Shown here: one piece after another, positions 48,127-61,572 of the stretch
Numbering within the stretch: position 1 is the stretch's first letter
How the letters are laid out: each line of letters begins with the position of its first letter
NCBI RefSeq assembly: GCF_902713615.1
Contig: NC_052164.1
Span: 101,717,235-101,781,234, forward strand
Direction: 5' to 3'
Length of the DNA stretch: 64,000 bases
From: Scyliorhinus canicula
Taxonomy: Eukaryota
Made by a program: the position numbers and the translations under genes
Notes under the pieces: model-generated
Told to the model about the DNA's origin: nothing
Seen by the model: only the letters and a program-made list of their open reading frames with translations
Database searches by the model: none

Positions 48127-49594
48127 GAAATCTAACCTACAGTATAGCTGCAGACTCACTCGTGTTGGCCAGTCCTGTTTCAGTTTATAACTAGGTGGTG
48201 TTTGTTTAGAAGAAAAACTATATTGGTGGGGACTGGAGCCACATATAAGCATAGGGAGAGCAGCAGACTACCATCCCTAAAGGGACATTAGCAAACACAT
48301 TGGGATTTTGTTAACAGTTTCATGATCAGTCTTGTGGATACCAGCTTTTTAAAATTCAAATTAATTCAGTCTTTGTGAAACTAAATTCAAATTGCCAAAC
48401 GGACAGGCTGGGAGTTAAACCTATCGTTTCTATTACTAGTTCAGTAACATAACCATGACACGGCCATACTTCAGCCTGTTATAAATGAAATAGCCTGTTT
48501 ACACCCAATTAAAAGCAAAAACAATTCTAACACTCTAGCTTCATAGCTTTAATGAACCTCATAACCTTGTTGTGTGTCCTCTCCAAATTCATCTCCACTT
48601 GAAGATGAATTGATCAGAAACTCCTCTATCAAAATTCTGCAACTCCCTCAACACTGTGGGTGTACCTGTGGAACGAGGACTGCAGCAGTTCAAGAAGGCA
48701 GTTCACCATCACCACTCTTTCAAGGGAATTTAGAATGGGGCAATAAATGCGGCCCTTGCCAACGACACAAATCTCCCATGAACCAATATTTTTGAAAAAT
48801 GCGCATCAGAATGTCACTGACCAATGATTTATAAACAGGATTAAAATGACCTGCTCCAGACTGCAATCAGATCCACGACTGCAGATCCTTTGGGTTCAAT
48901 TGTGTCTGAACCCTGGGAGTGGCTCAAATGTGAGTTCTTGGGAGAATATTTGGCATGGCTCTACAGATTATGGTCTTTAGCATTTACCTTTCTTCCACAA
49001 CTGAGTGACTTTCTGGATCACTTTGAAGGGCAGTTAATAGTCAGCCACGCTGATGTGGGACTGGAGTCACATGTTGACCAGATTAGTTAAGGACAACAGG
49101 TTTTCTTCCCTGAAGGACATGAATGAATCAAATGGGTTTTTAACAACAATCTGACAGCTTCCTTGTCTCCTTTATTCAGACCCGCTTTTTATTTCCAGAT
49201 TTAGAAAAAAACAAATTCAAATTCTCAAACCAGCACATTGGGATTTAAAGTTGCATTTTAGGCAGATTGTTAGTCCAGGCCTCTGCATTGTGAGTCCAGT
49301 TAGCTAACCGCTACATGACCATATCCTAAGCCACCAAACGCACAGATTTTGTGGGATTGGCCGGTTGGTATCTGTTTGAATCCCTGCCTTTGAAAGGAAT
49401 ATAGGGTGGGAGAGCAGTCGCTTCGGAGTTGCTGGCGTAGGTCACAGAGCTGTTCTTTTGGGAACCATCGAAATCTCTGCCAGTCTACTGTAGAGCATGC
49501 ACCTGAGCATCAAATTGAAGTCAATACGCAGGGGGATTAACAATGAGCAAACCCTTAACCTTCCCTGCAACCACCCCCCCCCCCCCCATCTCAC

Positions 49595-49757
49595 CCTGCA
49601 ACTCCTTCCTATCTCCAGGATGTTCGGTGGGGGGGGGGAGTCAGAGGATAAACCAGCCAGTGGTACTCTGACTCATCTTCCGCCAGACATTACACAGAGG
49701 ACCTGGCGGAGTCTAACTGCCCGCATTGACGGAAGGGACACAGACGCTGGCACGTCG
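49595..49757 (-). other. Candidate untranslated exon (163 nt)
   Basis: Long acceptor tttatttttgatatctttgtctgcctctttctcctgccAG and donor AGG|GTGAGA. Confidence 0.5.
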
Positions 49758-50121
49758 CTGGCAGGAGAAAGAGGCAGACAAAGATATCAAAAATAAATTT
49801 GAAAAAGATACTCTCCCTCTTGTCTGTGTGTGCATGGAGAATTTCACCAGCAATCTTATAAATCGGGAAGGGTCGGGCACAAGGCAGAACGTGCACTCTC
49901 CGGAGCCAAACAACTTCAAGCCGGCGAAACACAAAATGAAACCCACCCTCAGATTTATTAACGGTTCATTTAAGTGTTTAGCTAAATTTTCACTTTCCAA
50001 AAAAAAAAAAAAAAAAAAATTCTTTCAGCTTCTCCTCGTCTGATACGGACGTAGCCATCGACAGGAATTCTCCCGATAATAAACACACTAACTACGGGGG
50101 GAAAAAATCCAGATCACAAAC

Positions 50122-50400
50122 CTCCTCTTTTCTCTCTCCCCTTTTCTGTGTCCTCGATGGTGGATTCGAGACGAACGATTCCCAACAATGAGCGCTTGTT
50201 CAGCAGGATGGCAGCAGCTGGAAAATGACAGCATCTGACCTAAGTGCCAACGCTAGTAGTGCCAACTGCATGACATCACCAGGCTTCCCCCCCCCCCCCC
50301 CCCCCCCCCACTCTCCCCACCCCCCACCTCCTCAGACAGCGGCCTGTGCTCTCCGAGGATCACGGGAAGGAGAGCTGCTCGCTGGGCTACTGCATATAAC
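50122..50400 (-). promoter_or_regulatory. Candidate promoter and first exon
   Basis: Repeat-free, CpG-retaining DNA; two TGCCAA half-sites and TGACATCA at ~50245-50280; donor GAG|GTTTGT at 50121. Confidence 0.4.
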
Positions 50401-52455
50401 CCAAAAGGATAAAGGAAACCTTTCTTTTGAATTTAAATAGTATTTATTCTCTTTTTTTTTTCGCTTTTTAATCGAATGGTGAATTCTTGACTTCCATGAG
50501 AAACAATTTCACATTATAAAGGAGCGGCCCATCACAGAGACGGACCATTTGGCCCAATTAGTCTACGCTGTTGTTTCTGCTTTCTATATTTATTTTATAT
50601 GTACTCTGGAAAATACTTGTCTTAAAGACACACTACCTTTTGAAAAAAAAAACTGTCCACAAAACAATTTATTTTTTGCACATACCATTCTGGTATCTTT
50701 TACAGTGAAACCTGTGAAAAATGACTTTCCCCAACAACCCCCACCTCTCGGATCCTGGTGTTAATTTAAAGAAGCTTATGCCTGCATAAAAAATAGAATA
50801 CCTTTATTAACAGCATCAGTGACAGCTATTACTTTCTTGCCTCTATTTCTTTTAATTTGTTCTCATGATGTGGGTGTTGCCAGCAAGACCAGCTGTTACG
50901 AGAAGTTGGTGGTGACCTGCCTTCTTAGAATCATACAGCATAGAAAAAGGCCATTTGGCCCACCATGCCTGTGCCAGCTCTTTACACGAGCTATCCAATT
51001 GGCCCCATCCCGTATGCTTCCCCGACGCCCCCCCCCCCCCACCCCCCAACCCCGCCCCCCCTTCGCTCTACAATTTTTCCTTCACCGCAATCAATGCTGC
51101 CAGGCAACCGGGAATCACCAATTATGATTAAGGCGAAAGACGGTTGACATTTGCAAGGACAAACATGGCCTTTCCCGTCCCGTTTACCATCTTAACCAAT
51201 CACTCCGTCCACCATTAGAGCGCAGTGGGAGTGATGTGTACCATTTACAAGACGCACTCCAGCAACTTGTCAAGGCTTCCTCGATAGCGCCATCTACACT
51301 CGCAACCTCTACCACCTAGATAGACAAGGACAACACGTTCACGGGAATGCTGTGTCACCTCCCAGTCTCGCGCATCCTTATTTGGAATCTACTTGCCATT
51401 CCTTCTGTTGCTGGGTCAAAATCCTGGAACTCTCTCCCTCACAGCACTGTGGGCGTAACATAGACCACACAGGCTGCAGCAGTCCGAGAAGGTGGCCCAC
51501 CACCTCAAGGCGGCAAGGGCAATGAGAGACAGGTAATTAGAGTCACTGACGGGGAGGAAAACTGGGCATGTTATTCTCCAGGGACATACGTGATAGGACA
51601 CATGATTTTTCTCACCATCATGCATTGGATTCACAGGCAAGCCTTGCAAGGCTTCACTGATGTGTAATTCGACTGAAGAACTGTAATCGGGGTCAAGGTG
51701 ATCGCATGAACCAGTTTCAATTTCCTAAAGGGGGTCAGAGAGGAATTTCACAGATTTCTTTTCCCTAATTAACCTGGGTTTTCCAGATCTGGTTTTCTCA
51801 CCTCTTGAGAGGGGTGGGGTGGGGAGAGTGTTTGTATTCTGATGCTCAAGTGTCAATGACCACACGGGACAGGCTGTCTGTCATTTTTCTTTGTGCATCC
51901 CACTTTCAACTTGTTTCCCTGGCTGTGATTTGCTCCCCTTCGCATTGCATTCAATTCATTCACTGGTCTGGGCAAAATGCATCAGGAAACTTTGTTAGTT
52001 CAATTATGATTGCCAAACCCAAGTGAGCCCACCCTTTGTGAGCCGAGATGATGGTGGGCTGTTTGGCCACAGAGGCATCATAGTCAAGCCTCTTTCTGGT
52101 GCACAGTCACCTTTTTAAAGCGATGGATCAGGGACAGGGAATCTAGTTGATAACTCCCTAATCTGAGGCTTTTCAGGGTGCGTGACTGGGATCAGCTAAG
52201 CCTGAAACAGCAGTCGGGCCCTGAGAAACTGTACTAGGAAACAAAACTCCACAATTTGGAACCATGGAAATGTCGCCAACATGTATAGGATCTGACATAC
52301 AGAGTGTTAACTGGTGCTAATATTTCATTAAGCGATTCATTTTGATTTAATTGAAGAATTGTAACTATTACCACAGCACACATCAGATTACTGATTCAAC
52401 AGAAAATATTAAAAGATAACACCACAAAACATTAAAACAAATTAAATCTACTTAC

Positions 52456-52900
52456 CCTGCATCAGCTGAAGATGAGTTAATTTATTTTTCACAAACTTAT
52501 TTTAAAAATCAGATGCATAAAAATAAAAAAGATAGCGGTGAGTAAAGCCACCATAAACAAAACCCCTCACAGACTCTGATCTCCTGCTGTCACTGAGGGT
52601 TAGCTGGGGTCAGGTAAAGTATCAAAGATGATAGTGAGCCGCCTGTGTTTGACGCAGAGTCGAGATTGTTGAGAAACTGGGTCAGGCTAACAGTGGGATG
52701 ATGGGAATGCAGTGTCAGAGGGCCGATCCACTCCCTCCCTCCCTCCCTCTCTCCTCCTCCAGCTCTGATTGAAAAGATGATCGAGAGAAGCTCTCTCTCT
52801 CTGCTACGCAGTTACAGAACTGCTCCACTGCTTTAATGGCCGGCAGTCTTAGTGACAGTATGCCAAGTTGACAATCCTTCACATAAATTTTCTCCATTCT
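52456..52900 (-). promoter_or_regulatory. Candidate alternative promoter and first exon
   Basis: Consensus donor AGG|GTAAGT at 52455; (GGGA)n tract at 52731-52770; TGAGTCA at ~52905. Confidence 0.4.
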
Positions 52901-54329
52901 GCGATGAGTCATATGCACAGTGCCTGTTTTTACCGGTGTTATTCTGCATCACTTTCACAATATTTCTCACAGGCTTCTCCCCTCCTGAAGGAGGAGGCTT
53001 AATGCCAGGATTGCATCAAGTGTACAGGATAGAACCAGACCTTCGTGCCCAACCAGAGCATGCTGGATACTGCTCCAGCCTTCCCACATTCATGCCTAAA
53101 TGCCATTCTTCATAGCTCACACAACGGACAATGAACAGGCCGTCCAACCCCGGGGACCATCAACCCTCTCTTCACCCATCATCCCCTGGCTCTCCACATT
53201 TTCTTGTACGGAATGAGTACCAGTGATATGCCAAAATCCCGAACGAGGAACGTGAAACGAATTACGTTTGAACTTCATACAAGACATGCATCAAAACCTT
53301 TCGGATTTTCCCATTTATGCAACATTGGATAATGGAGTTATTCACCCAGTTATCGAGAGAGCCTGATTCAAATCAGCTGGAACATACAGCAGTTCAGAGG
53401 TCTTATATGTTACCTGTGAGTGATTGCTGGCCCTGTATGTGGCTGTTTGCATGTGACACATCTGTGTAACATAGACTTGTGTATGTTTTCAATGTGGGCA
53501 GTGCGTTTGCAAAGGCTCAACAAGAATCCGGAGCTTGAAAAGGCTGTTCAATTTATCAATCCCCTACTTCCACAACTCATCTAATCCTCTGCTACCCATA
53601 TCCTGAATTGTATCGTTCACCCATCATCCCCTGTGCTCACTGGTGGCCATCCTCATTTTCAATCCTCTCCAGGCATTGCCCCGCTCTATCTCTGTCACCT
53701 CCTCCAGCCCCACAACCATCCGGGATCTCTGTCCTCCTGTAATCCTAGCCTCCTGAGCACCCTCCATACCTCTCTTCTGCACCATTCATCCTTCAGTGGC
53801 CTGAACCCAAAGCTCTGGGATTCCCACAATAAACCCTCCATCTCACTCGCCTCCATTAAAAACCCTGCTTTAAAACTTCCCCTTTTGATCCAGCTTTGGT
53901 CACCTGCCCTAGTATCTATTCATAGTCTCAACGTCAAATGTTGTTTCTTCTGCTTCTGCAAAACCCTTTGGGACTTCTCACATCAAAGGCATTATATAAA
54001 TGCGAGTTGTTGTCATTTTGTACAACCTACTCGATCAGAAGACTCTACCTTACTTATTTAATCTCCTGTAGGAAAGCTCTGTGGAAATGTTTCCTGAATA
54101 TCGAATGTTCTCAAGGAAAAATGTATAGAATCCATAGAGTCCTGACAGTGCAGAAGGTGGCCATTTGGCCCATCAAGCATGCACACACCCTCTCAAAGAG
54201 CGTTCTACCACGCTCTACCTAGATCCATTTCCCCACCCTACCCCCATAACGCTGCATATTGATTATGGCCAATCCACCTAACTGGCACATCTTTGAACGC
54301 TGGGGGTAATTTAACATGGTCAATCAATA

Positions 54330-55615
54330 AGACCATAAGAAATCAGCCATGATGCCCCTCGAACCTGCTCCACCATCCAATAGGATTGAGGCTGATGCGA
54401 CATTCCTCACATCCACTTTCCTGCCCTTTCCTTGTAATCCTCGATTCCCTTGCTGATCAAGAACCTACCTACCTCAGCCTTATAATATACACAAGGACTC
54501 TGTCCCCACAGCTCTGTGGCAAGGAGCTTCAATGACTCAACCCTCTGGGAGAAGAAATTTCTCCTCATCTCAGTCTCAAATTGGCACCTCTTTATCCTGA
54601 GGAGAAACATCAGCCCCTTAAGAATCCGATATGTTTCAATGAATCGCTACCTGTTTAACCTTTGCTCAGAAGACAATCCCTCCATACTGGAGATCATCCT
54701 AATGAACCGCCTGTGAATCGCCTTCAATTAAATAATATCTTTCCTTAAACAAGGGGACCAAAACTGCTCCCAGTGCTCCAGATGTGGCCACACCAGTACA
54801 GTTGCAGCAAGATCTCCCTACTCTTATACTCCAACCCCTGGGAAATAAGGACTAACATTCCGTTAGCCTTCCTGATTACTTGCTGCACTGGTGTGCTAGC
54901 TTTCTGTGTTTGTGTACAAGTACCTCCAAGTCCCTTTGTCTTGTGACTTTCTGCAGTTTTTCTCCATTTAAATAATACTCTGTTTTGTTCTCCCTTCCAA
55001 AATGACCAACTTCAAATTTTCCCACATTAAACTCCATTTGACCACTTATTTACCAACTTAGGGGCGGCACAGTGGTAAGCACAGTGGTTTGCACCGCTGC
55101 CTCACAACGCCAGGGTCCCGGGTTCGATTCTAACCTTGGGTCACTGTCTGTGCGGAGTCTGCACATTCTTCCAGTGTCTGCGTGGGTTTCCTTGGGTGCT
55201 CTGGTTTCCTCCCACAGTCCAAAGACATGGAGGTTTGGTGGATTGGCCATGCTAAATTGCCCCTTAGTGTCCAAAGGCTAGTTAGGCTTACGGGTTAGGG
55301 CTGAGGATGGGGTGCTCTTTCAGAGGGTCGGTGCAGACTCGTAGGCCGAATGGCCTCCTTCTGCACTGTAGGGATTCTGTGATTATTTAATGTATCAATA
55401 TCTCTTTGCAAACTGTTTGCGTCCCTCTCGCAACTTGCCTTTCCACCTATTTTTGTGCCATCTGCAAATTTGGCTGCAGTACATTCATTTCCTTCCTCCA
55501 GGTCATTTGTATAAATTGCAAACAGTTACTGTCCCAGCACTGATCCCTGTGGAACCCCACTTGTTACAGGTCACCAACCTGAAAAAGACCCCCTTATTCC
55601 CACTCACTGTTTCCT
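54330..55615 (-). mobile_element. Old CR1 3' fragment interrupted by an HE1 SINE
   Basis: FETEMRRNFFSQRV...FLISKGIEDY.ERAGKW; PHLEHWEQFWSP remnant. Confidence 0.85.
55040..55385 (+). mobile_element. HE1-type SINE with CR1-type tail
   Basis: ggggcggcacagtgg head; tail ggccgaatggcctccttctgcactgtagggattct. Confidence 0.9.
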
Positions 55616-56705
55616 GTCCATGTGGGATGAAACCAGAGCACCTGGAGGAAACACACGCAGATACGGGGAGAACGTGCAAACTCCACACAGACAGTGACCC
55701 AAAGCTGGAATTGAACCCGGGTCCCTGGTGCTTTGAGGCAAAGCATTGTGCCACCGTGCAGATCATTCAATCTGATCCAGAACATATTGTTTTAATCTGA
55801 AGCCCACTCAGTAAAACACTAAATTACATGCTCAAGCTTCATACGTGCAATATACCTCTTAGACTTAAACAGCTAGTTTTCTTTTTGCATGAAAACTTCT
55901 AACAATCACTGAACATTTAGTGATGCTAAACAGGGAGAAAGTGTGAGACATAAGGACAAAGAAACAAGAGAGCTGGCAGAAGAAGATGAAGAAAGAGTGA
56001 GACAGGAAATTAGAGACTTGAGTGACCAGAGACAGACAGAGAAAGGTTCTGGGAGAGTGAGAGCGTATGAAAGGACTCTGACATATATTGTCAAAAGCTC
56101 TCAGTAGTTTAAGGGCCAGGATGCCCCTGCCACTTAAACATTCTTCAATAAAACAAATTCAGGTCTGCCATCCTATCCTCATACCTTAATGCCTTAAATC
56201 CTGAGATTAGCAAAATCCTTCCGAAGGTTGAGGGCCCAGAATTCGCCATATGGACCAGCGAATAGACATAGTCCAGCACCACCAATGGCAGAAGAACGTT
56301 CATGTAATGAATGCAGCTTCTCTTTAAACTGATGGGAGGAAATGCCAGGAATCAATGCATTATGCAAACAATGTGTTGTGCACAAAGCCATAATTCAAAT
56401 GAGTGGGTCACGTTCACCTTTAAAACAATGGGACCAGCAATGGAGGTCGTTGAAATCTAAAGGACTGCCCATTAAAGATGGGGGATACAGAATAAATAAT
56501 TTAATTTCCCATTCAGAAATTGCACTAAAATTTACTATTGCACAGATTGAGACATATTTCCGCAACCTTCTCTGTAACATTTCAAAATAATTTAACACTT
56601 TTCTGGGTGTAGTATTCTTTGGAGAGGACACGGTGATTAATATCAATGGGTGAAAGGGGCGTGACATCAATGTGCCTTGTTTTCAGAAACCACATCATGA
56701 TCCAC

Positions 56706-57780
56706 AGGAAAGGAAGGGGGAGGAGGGGATGGAGGTGGTTGGCAGGGAGGAAAGGGGAAGGGAGGGAAGAAGGGGAACGAGGGATAGGGGGAGAAGGGAA
56801 GGAAGGAGGAGGAAGGGAAAGGGAGGGGAGGAAAGGGGGGGAGGGGAGGAAAGGGGNNNNNNNNNNNNNNNNNNNNNNNNNNNNNNNNNNNNNNNNNNNN
56901 NNNNNNNNNNNNNNNNNNNNNNNNNNNNNNNNNNNNNNNNNNNNNNNNNNNNNNNNNNNNNNNNNNNNNNNNNNNNNNNNNNNNNNNNNNNNNNNNNNNG
57001 ACAGGGGGGGAGGGGAGGAAAGGGGGGGGAGGGGAGGAATGGGGGGAGGGGAGGAAAGGGGGGGAGGGGAGGAAAGGGGGGGAGGGGAGGAAAGGGGGGG
57101 AGGGGAGGAAAGGGGGGGAGGGGAGGAAAGGGGGGGGAGGGGAGGAAAGGGGGGGGAGGGGAGGAAAGGGGGGGGAGGGGAGGAAAGGGGGGGAGGGGAG
57201 GAAGGGGGGGGAGGGGAGGAAAGGGGGGGAGGGGAGCAAAGGGGGGGAGGGGAGCAAAGGGGGGGAGGGGAGGAAAGGGGGAGAGGGGAGGAATGGGGGG
57301 AGGGGAGGAAAGGGGGAGGGGAGGAAAGGGGGGGAGGGGAGGAAAGGGGGAGGGGAGGAAAGGGGGGAGGGGAAGAAAGGGGGAGGGGAGGAAAGGGGGG
57401 AGGGGAGGAAAGGGGGGAGGGGAAGAAAGGGGGAGGGGAGGAAAGGGGGGAGGGGAGGAAAGGGGGGAGGGAAGCGGAGGGGAGGAGAGTGGAAGGGAGG
57501 ATAGAGGAGGGGAGGGGGATTAAAGGTACGTGAGGTGAAGGGAGGGGAGAGGAGGGGAGAGGAGTGAAAGGAGGGAAAGGAGGGAAGGGTGGAGTAGGAG
57601 AGGAGGAGCGTATAGAGGGAGATAAGTGGAAGTTAATGTGAGGGGAGCGGAGGAGAGGAGAGGGTTTTGGGGATGGAGAGGAGAGGTGGGAAAGGGAGGA
57701 GAGGGGGGAGAGGGAGGGGAAGGGAGGGAAAGGGAGGAAAGGAGAGCAGCAGGAAGGGGAGGTGCTGTGAAGGGAGATAG
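56706..57780. repeat. Polypurine repeat, core unit ~18 bp GGGGAGGAAAGGGGGGGA, with assembly gap 56857-56999
   Basis: Almost pure G/A strand; run of N. Confidence 0.95.
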
Positions 57781-58134
57781 GTAGGTCTGTCCACATAGGG
57801 AGCTTTAACTATGACGTAGTGGCCTGGTTGAATATTCAACAAGATTTTCATTATTTATTTTGAAGTTACTCAGCCTGTTAAGTGAAGTATGTGTGTTTAT
57901 AGAACACAGAGTGAAAGGCCATTCAGCCTGTGAGATGTTTCTCTGATCATTTTCTCCATGAGCCATCCACTCTAATCCCATTGTCCTTCTTCAGTTCTTT
58001 GCCTGAAGGTAGGTCTGATGCTCAGGACCTTGATCTCCATCATGAGTAGGGCAGGATGGCAGTTCCCGAATCCAACCCAGTGAAACGGGGATCAGGCCAT
58101 GGAGTTAGCACCAATCTGATCCATGCTGAACATC

Positions 58135-58312
58135 CACAAACCTGGGCTAAATCGCTGGCTTTGAAAGCAGACCAAGCCGGCCAGCAGCACGGGTTCGATT
58201 CCCGTAACAGCCTCCCCGAACAGGCACCGGAATGTGGCGACTAGGGGCTTTTCACAGTAACCTCATTTGAAGCCGACTCATGACAATAAGCGATTTTCAT
58301 TTCATTTCATTT
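58135..58312 (+). mobile_element. Short tRNA-derived SINE sharing the third tail type
   Basis: B-box gggttcgattccc; ccgaacaggcaccggaatgtggcgactaggggcttttcacagtaac...; (TTTCA)n end. Confidence 0.75.
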
Positions 58313-59347
58313 CTCTGCCCGTTCCCCATAGCCCTGCAAATATTTTCCTTCTCAAGTATATATCTGAATTTCTTATGAAAGTTACTGTCAAATTTGCTTC
58401 CACGGCCAGTGCGGGTTGACCAGGAAACTAGAAAACTTGTTAACATTTTAAGCAACTGAATGAGTTCAATCCTCACACAGGGTCTTGGGCTTTCTGCATC
58501 AGGCTCTTCAAATACGTTCAGGACATGAGAATCTTCTGATGTTCCAGTCATTCCCACTACAAGGGACAACCTTCTATTTTTATATTTTTTTAATGTATAT
58601 ATAGATACATATAAGTTTGACCTTGGAGTTCACAAGGATTCTGGACTGGAGATCCATTAGCAAAGGGCTCCTATTTTTACGTGATGACAGATCGCTGAAT
58701 TCCCTGACTCTGCATCCACAGTTGGTCAGACTAAGATGCTCTTGGACACAGTTCTGCTGCCAGTATTGGATCCCTGTAGTGTTCTATTCTTGAGCACTGT
58801 TTCGCCAGCCTCAGCAACAGAATACAGCCTATTATTAGAATGCCGATTAACACATATTTACATATGGCATAAGGGGTAATCAGAAATGGGTTTTTGTGTA
58901 GGTTAAGGCAGGGGATGCCTGTGTTAATGAGTTAAATGTTTTCCTTATAGCTGCTCAGTGCCTGTTTCAAATAGTCACACTTCAACAAAATAAGAGCAGG
59001 ATGCACAGTAAACGATATTCGACTCAAATTCAATGTCCCTTAACCTCAACTGCAAAAGAGCTCCCTCTACTGCATACCCAACATCAGACATCTGGCCCTC
59101 TTGAGCAGCATATACACTGTACTCCAGGTGGGGTCCACAGGGATCCTATGCTGGCAAAGAGCTGAAATACAAAACTGGAAAAACTTTGGTGGATTTCGAT
59201 CAAGCAATGAGCAGCCTTTGTTGGTTCTGTGATTTGGAGAGCTGAAGCTTACGTTTTCAGGCTCTGGGGAGAGATGGAAATGAGGACAGAAGCCTCACAT
59301 TTGGAACCTTCCATTACAGATTGGGCAATTAACCTCCTGGAATTAGA

Positions 59348-59663
59348 GAGTGGCACGGTGGTTAGCACTGCTGCCTCACAGTACCAGAGACCCAGCTCCG
59401 ATTCCAACCGTGGGTGACTGTGTGGAGTTTGCACGTTCTCCCCGTGTCTGTGTGGGTTTCCTTCCGTGTTCCAGTTTCTTCCCACAGTCCCAAGACGTGC
59501 AGGTTAGGTGGATTGGCCATGTTAAATTGCCCCTTGGTGTCCAAAAGGTTAGATGGGGATTGGGTGGGGGTGTGGGCCTGGGTAGGGTGCTGTTTCGGCG
59601 GGTTGGTACAGACTCGATGGGACGAATGACCTACTTCACAATGTAGGGATTCTAAGATTCTAT
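59348..59663 (+). mobile_element. HE1-type SINE with CR1-type tail (older)
   Basis: HE1 body; tail gggacgaatgacctac...gggattctaagattctatg. Confidence 0.85.
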
Positions 59664-59944
59664 GGTTGGAAGAAGCCCATCATGCATGCTTTGACCCTTT
59701 GAGATACTTGTCTCATTAATCCCCCTCTCTTTCTCTTTCCCTATAGCCCTGCAAATCTTTGCTTTACAAGTGTTTACCCAATACCCTTTTGAATGTTATG
59801 ATTGAATTTCCTTCCACTGACATATCAGGCAGCATATTCCATATCTCCCCTCAATCATACTTTGATGGATATACCTTTCTTTGACAACAATAAGAATTCA
59901 ATTTGAAATGACTCTGGGTAGCCTCAGTCCTACTCAAATTAGAC

Positions 59945-60131
59945 ACACAGGATTCTCCGGTCTGCCAGCCGCGTTTTCCTGGGCGGCGCGCTCCCGCTGG
60001 CAGAGGGATTCTCGTTCCTGCAGCCGGCCATTGGAGTTTCCCATTGTGGTCATCCCACACCGTCAAGAAACCTGCGTGCGTGGGTGCGCTGCCAGCTGAC
60101 TGGAGGATCCCACCGATGGAGAATTCCGCTG
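59945..60131. mobile_element. Short palindromic MITE
   Basis: ggattctccg / ggagaattccg ends; central cattggagtttcccattg. Confidence 0.7.
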
Positions 60132-60847
60132 ACAGACTTCGAGATACATTTTTAGGGAAATGGCCATCATACTCAGATTGGCTACATCAGATTGGCTGAT
60201 GTGGGAAACGGAGATGCCACATCTGTGCAGTAGGAGGCACTGTTCCAAGATTGGTGTTAAGGCATTGATTGATCTGCCGGAGGCACCTTGAATTAGAATG
60301 TTGACCCTTGTTACTGATCTTATATGTATTCAAAGAGAGACATGCATTTGTATGCATCTTTCATGACTTCACAATGTCACAAAGCAATTAACAGCTAATG
60401 ATGTAATGTAGGAAACACAGCAACCAATTTTTACACAGCAAGATCCCACCAACAACAATGTGGTAATGGTCAGGTAATCTGTATCTTTCACAGTGGGGTT
60501 TTTGAGGGATAAATGTTTGTGTGCAATCTGACCCAGGACAGACAATTGGGGTTCATATAATTGTCCTCCAATCTCTGGGATAGGGACAAGGAAATCCTCT
60601 TCCTTTTAACAATTGGGCTGGGCTATAATGCCCCACGCAGGTGAATAGCTGCGTTAATCACCTCATAAAATCACACACATAAGGTCACAGAGCTGAGGTA
60701 CGGCACGCAGTGGTGGGGGCAGGTGAGGGAGAATGCCATCCAGGCCCTTGAAATTGTATATTCAGGAGCAGAGGGGAGAAATTTCTCTGAGGTTAGAAAC
60801 AGAATGGTAATGTTACTTGACCAGCAATCCAAAGGCCTGGACTCATG

Positions 60848-61572
60848 GGGCGGGATTCTCCCCTACCCGGCGGGGCGGGGGGTCCCGGCGTAGCGGAGTG
60901 GCGGCAACCACTCCGGCGTCGGGCCTCCCCAAAGGTGCGGAATTCTCCACACCTTTAGGGGCCAAGCCCTCACATTGAGGGGCTAGGCCTGCGCCGGAGT
61001 GGTTGGCACCACGCCGACTGGCGCCAAAACCAGCACAATGGCCTTTGACGCCCGCCGCCTGGCGCAGGGTTGGCCGAAAGGCCTTCGCCAGTTCACGCAT
61101 GCGCCGGTGCATCAGCTGCCGCTGACGTCACCACCGGCACATGCGGGCTGGGGGATTCTCTTCTGCCTCCGCCATGGTGGAGGCCGTGGCGGCGGCGGAA
61201 GAAAAAGAGTGCCCCACGGCACTGGACCGCCCGCCGATCGGTGGGCCCCGATCGCGGGCCTGGCCACCGTGGGGGCACCCCCTGGGGTCCGATTGCCCCG
61301 CCCCCCCCAGGACCCCGCTCGCGCCGCCGATCCCGCTGCCACCAGAGGTGGTTCAAACCACGGCGGCGGACGAGGCATCTCAGCAGCGGGACTTCGGCCC
61401 ACTGCGGGCCGGAGAATCGCCGCAGGGGACTCGCCGATCGGCGCGGAGGGCACGCTTGATTCCCACCCCCGCCAATTCCCGGATGGCGGAGAATTCCGGC
61501 CACGGCGGGGGCGGGATTTTCGCCAGTCCCAGGCGGTTCTCCGACCCTGCGGGGGGTCAGAGAATTTCGCCC
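60848..61572. mobile_element. Non-autonomous Harbinger-type TIR element (725 bp) inside a tRNA SINE (60800-61835)
   Basis: TIRs GGGCGGGATTCTC / GAGAATTTCGCCC; TSD ATG (60845-47, 61573-75); left arm homologous to 6833-7000. Confidence 0.9.

Noticed and set aside
56582-57796. Proline-rich and Gly/Glu/Arg-rich ORFs
   Set aside because: Translations of the polypurine repeat spanning an N gap
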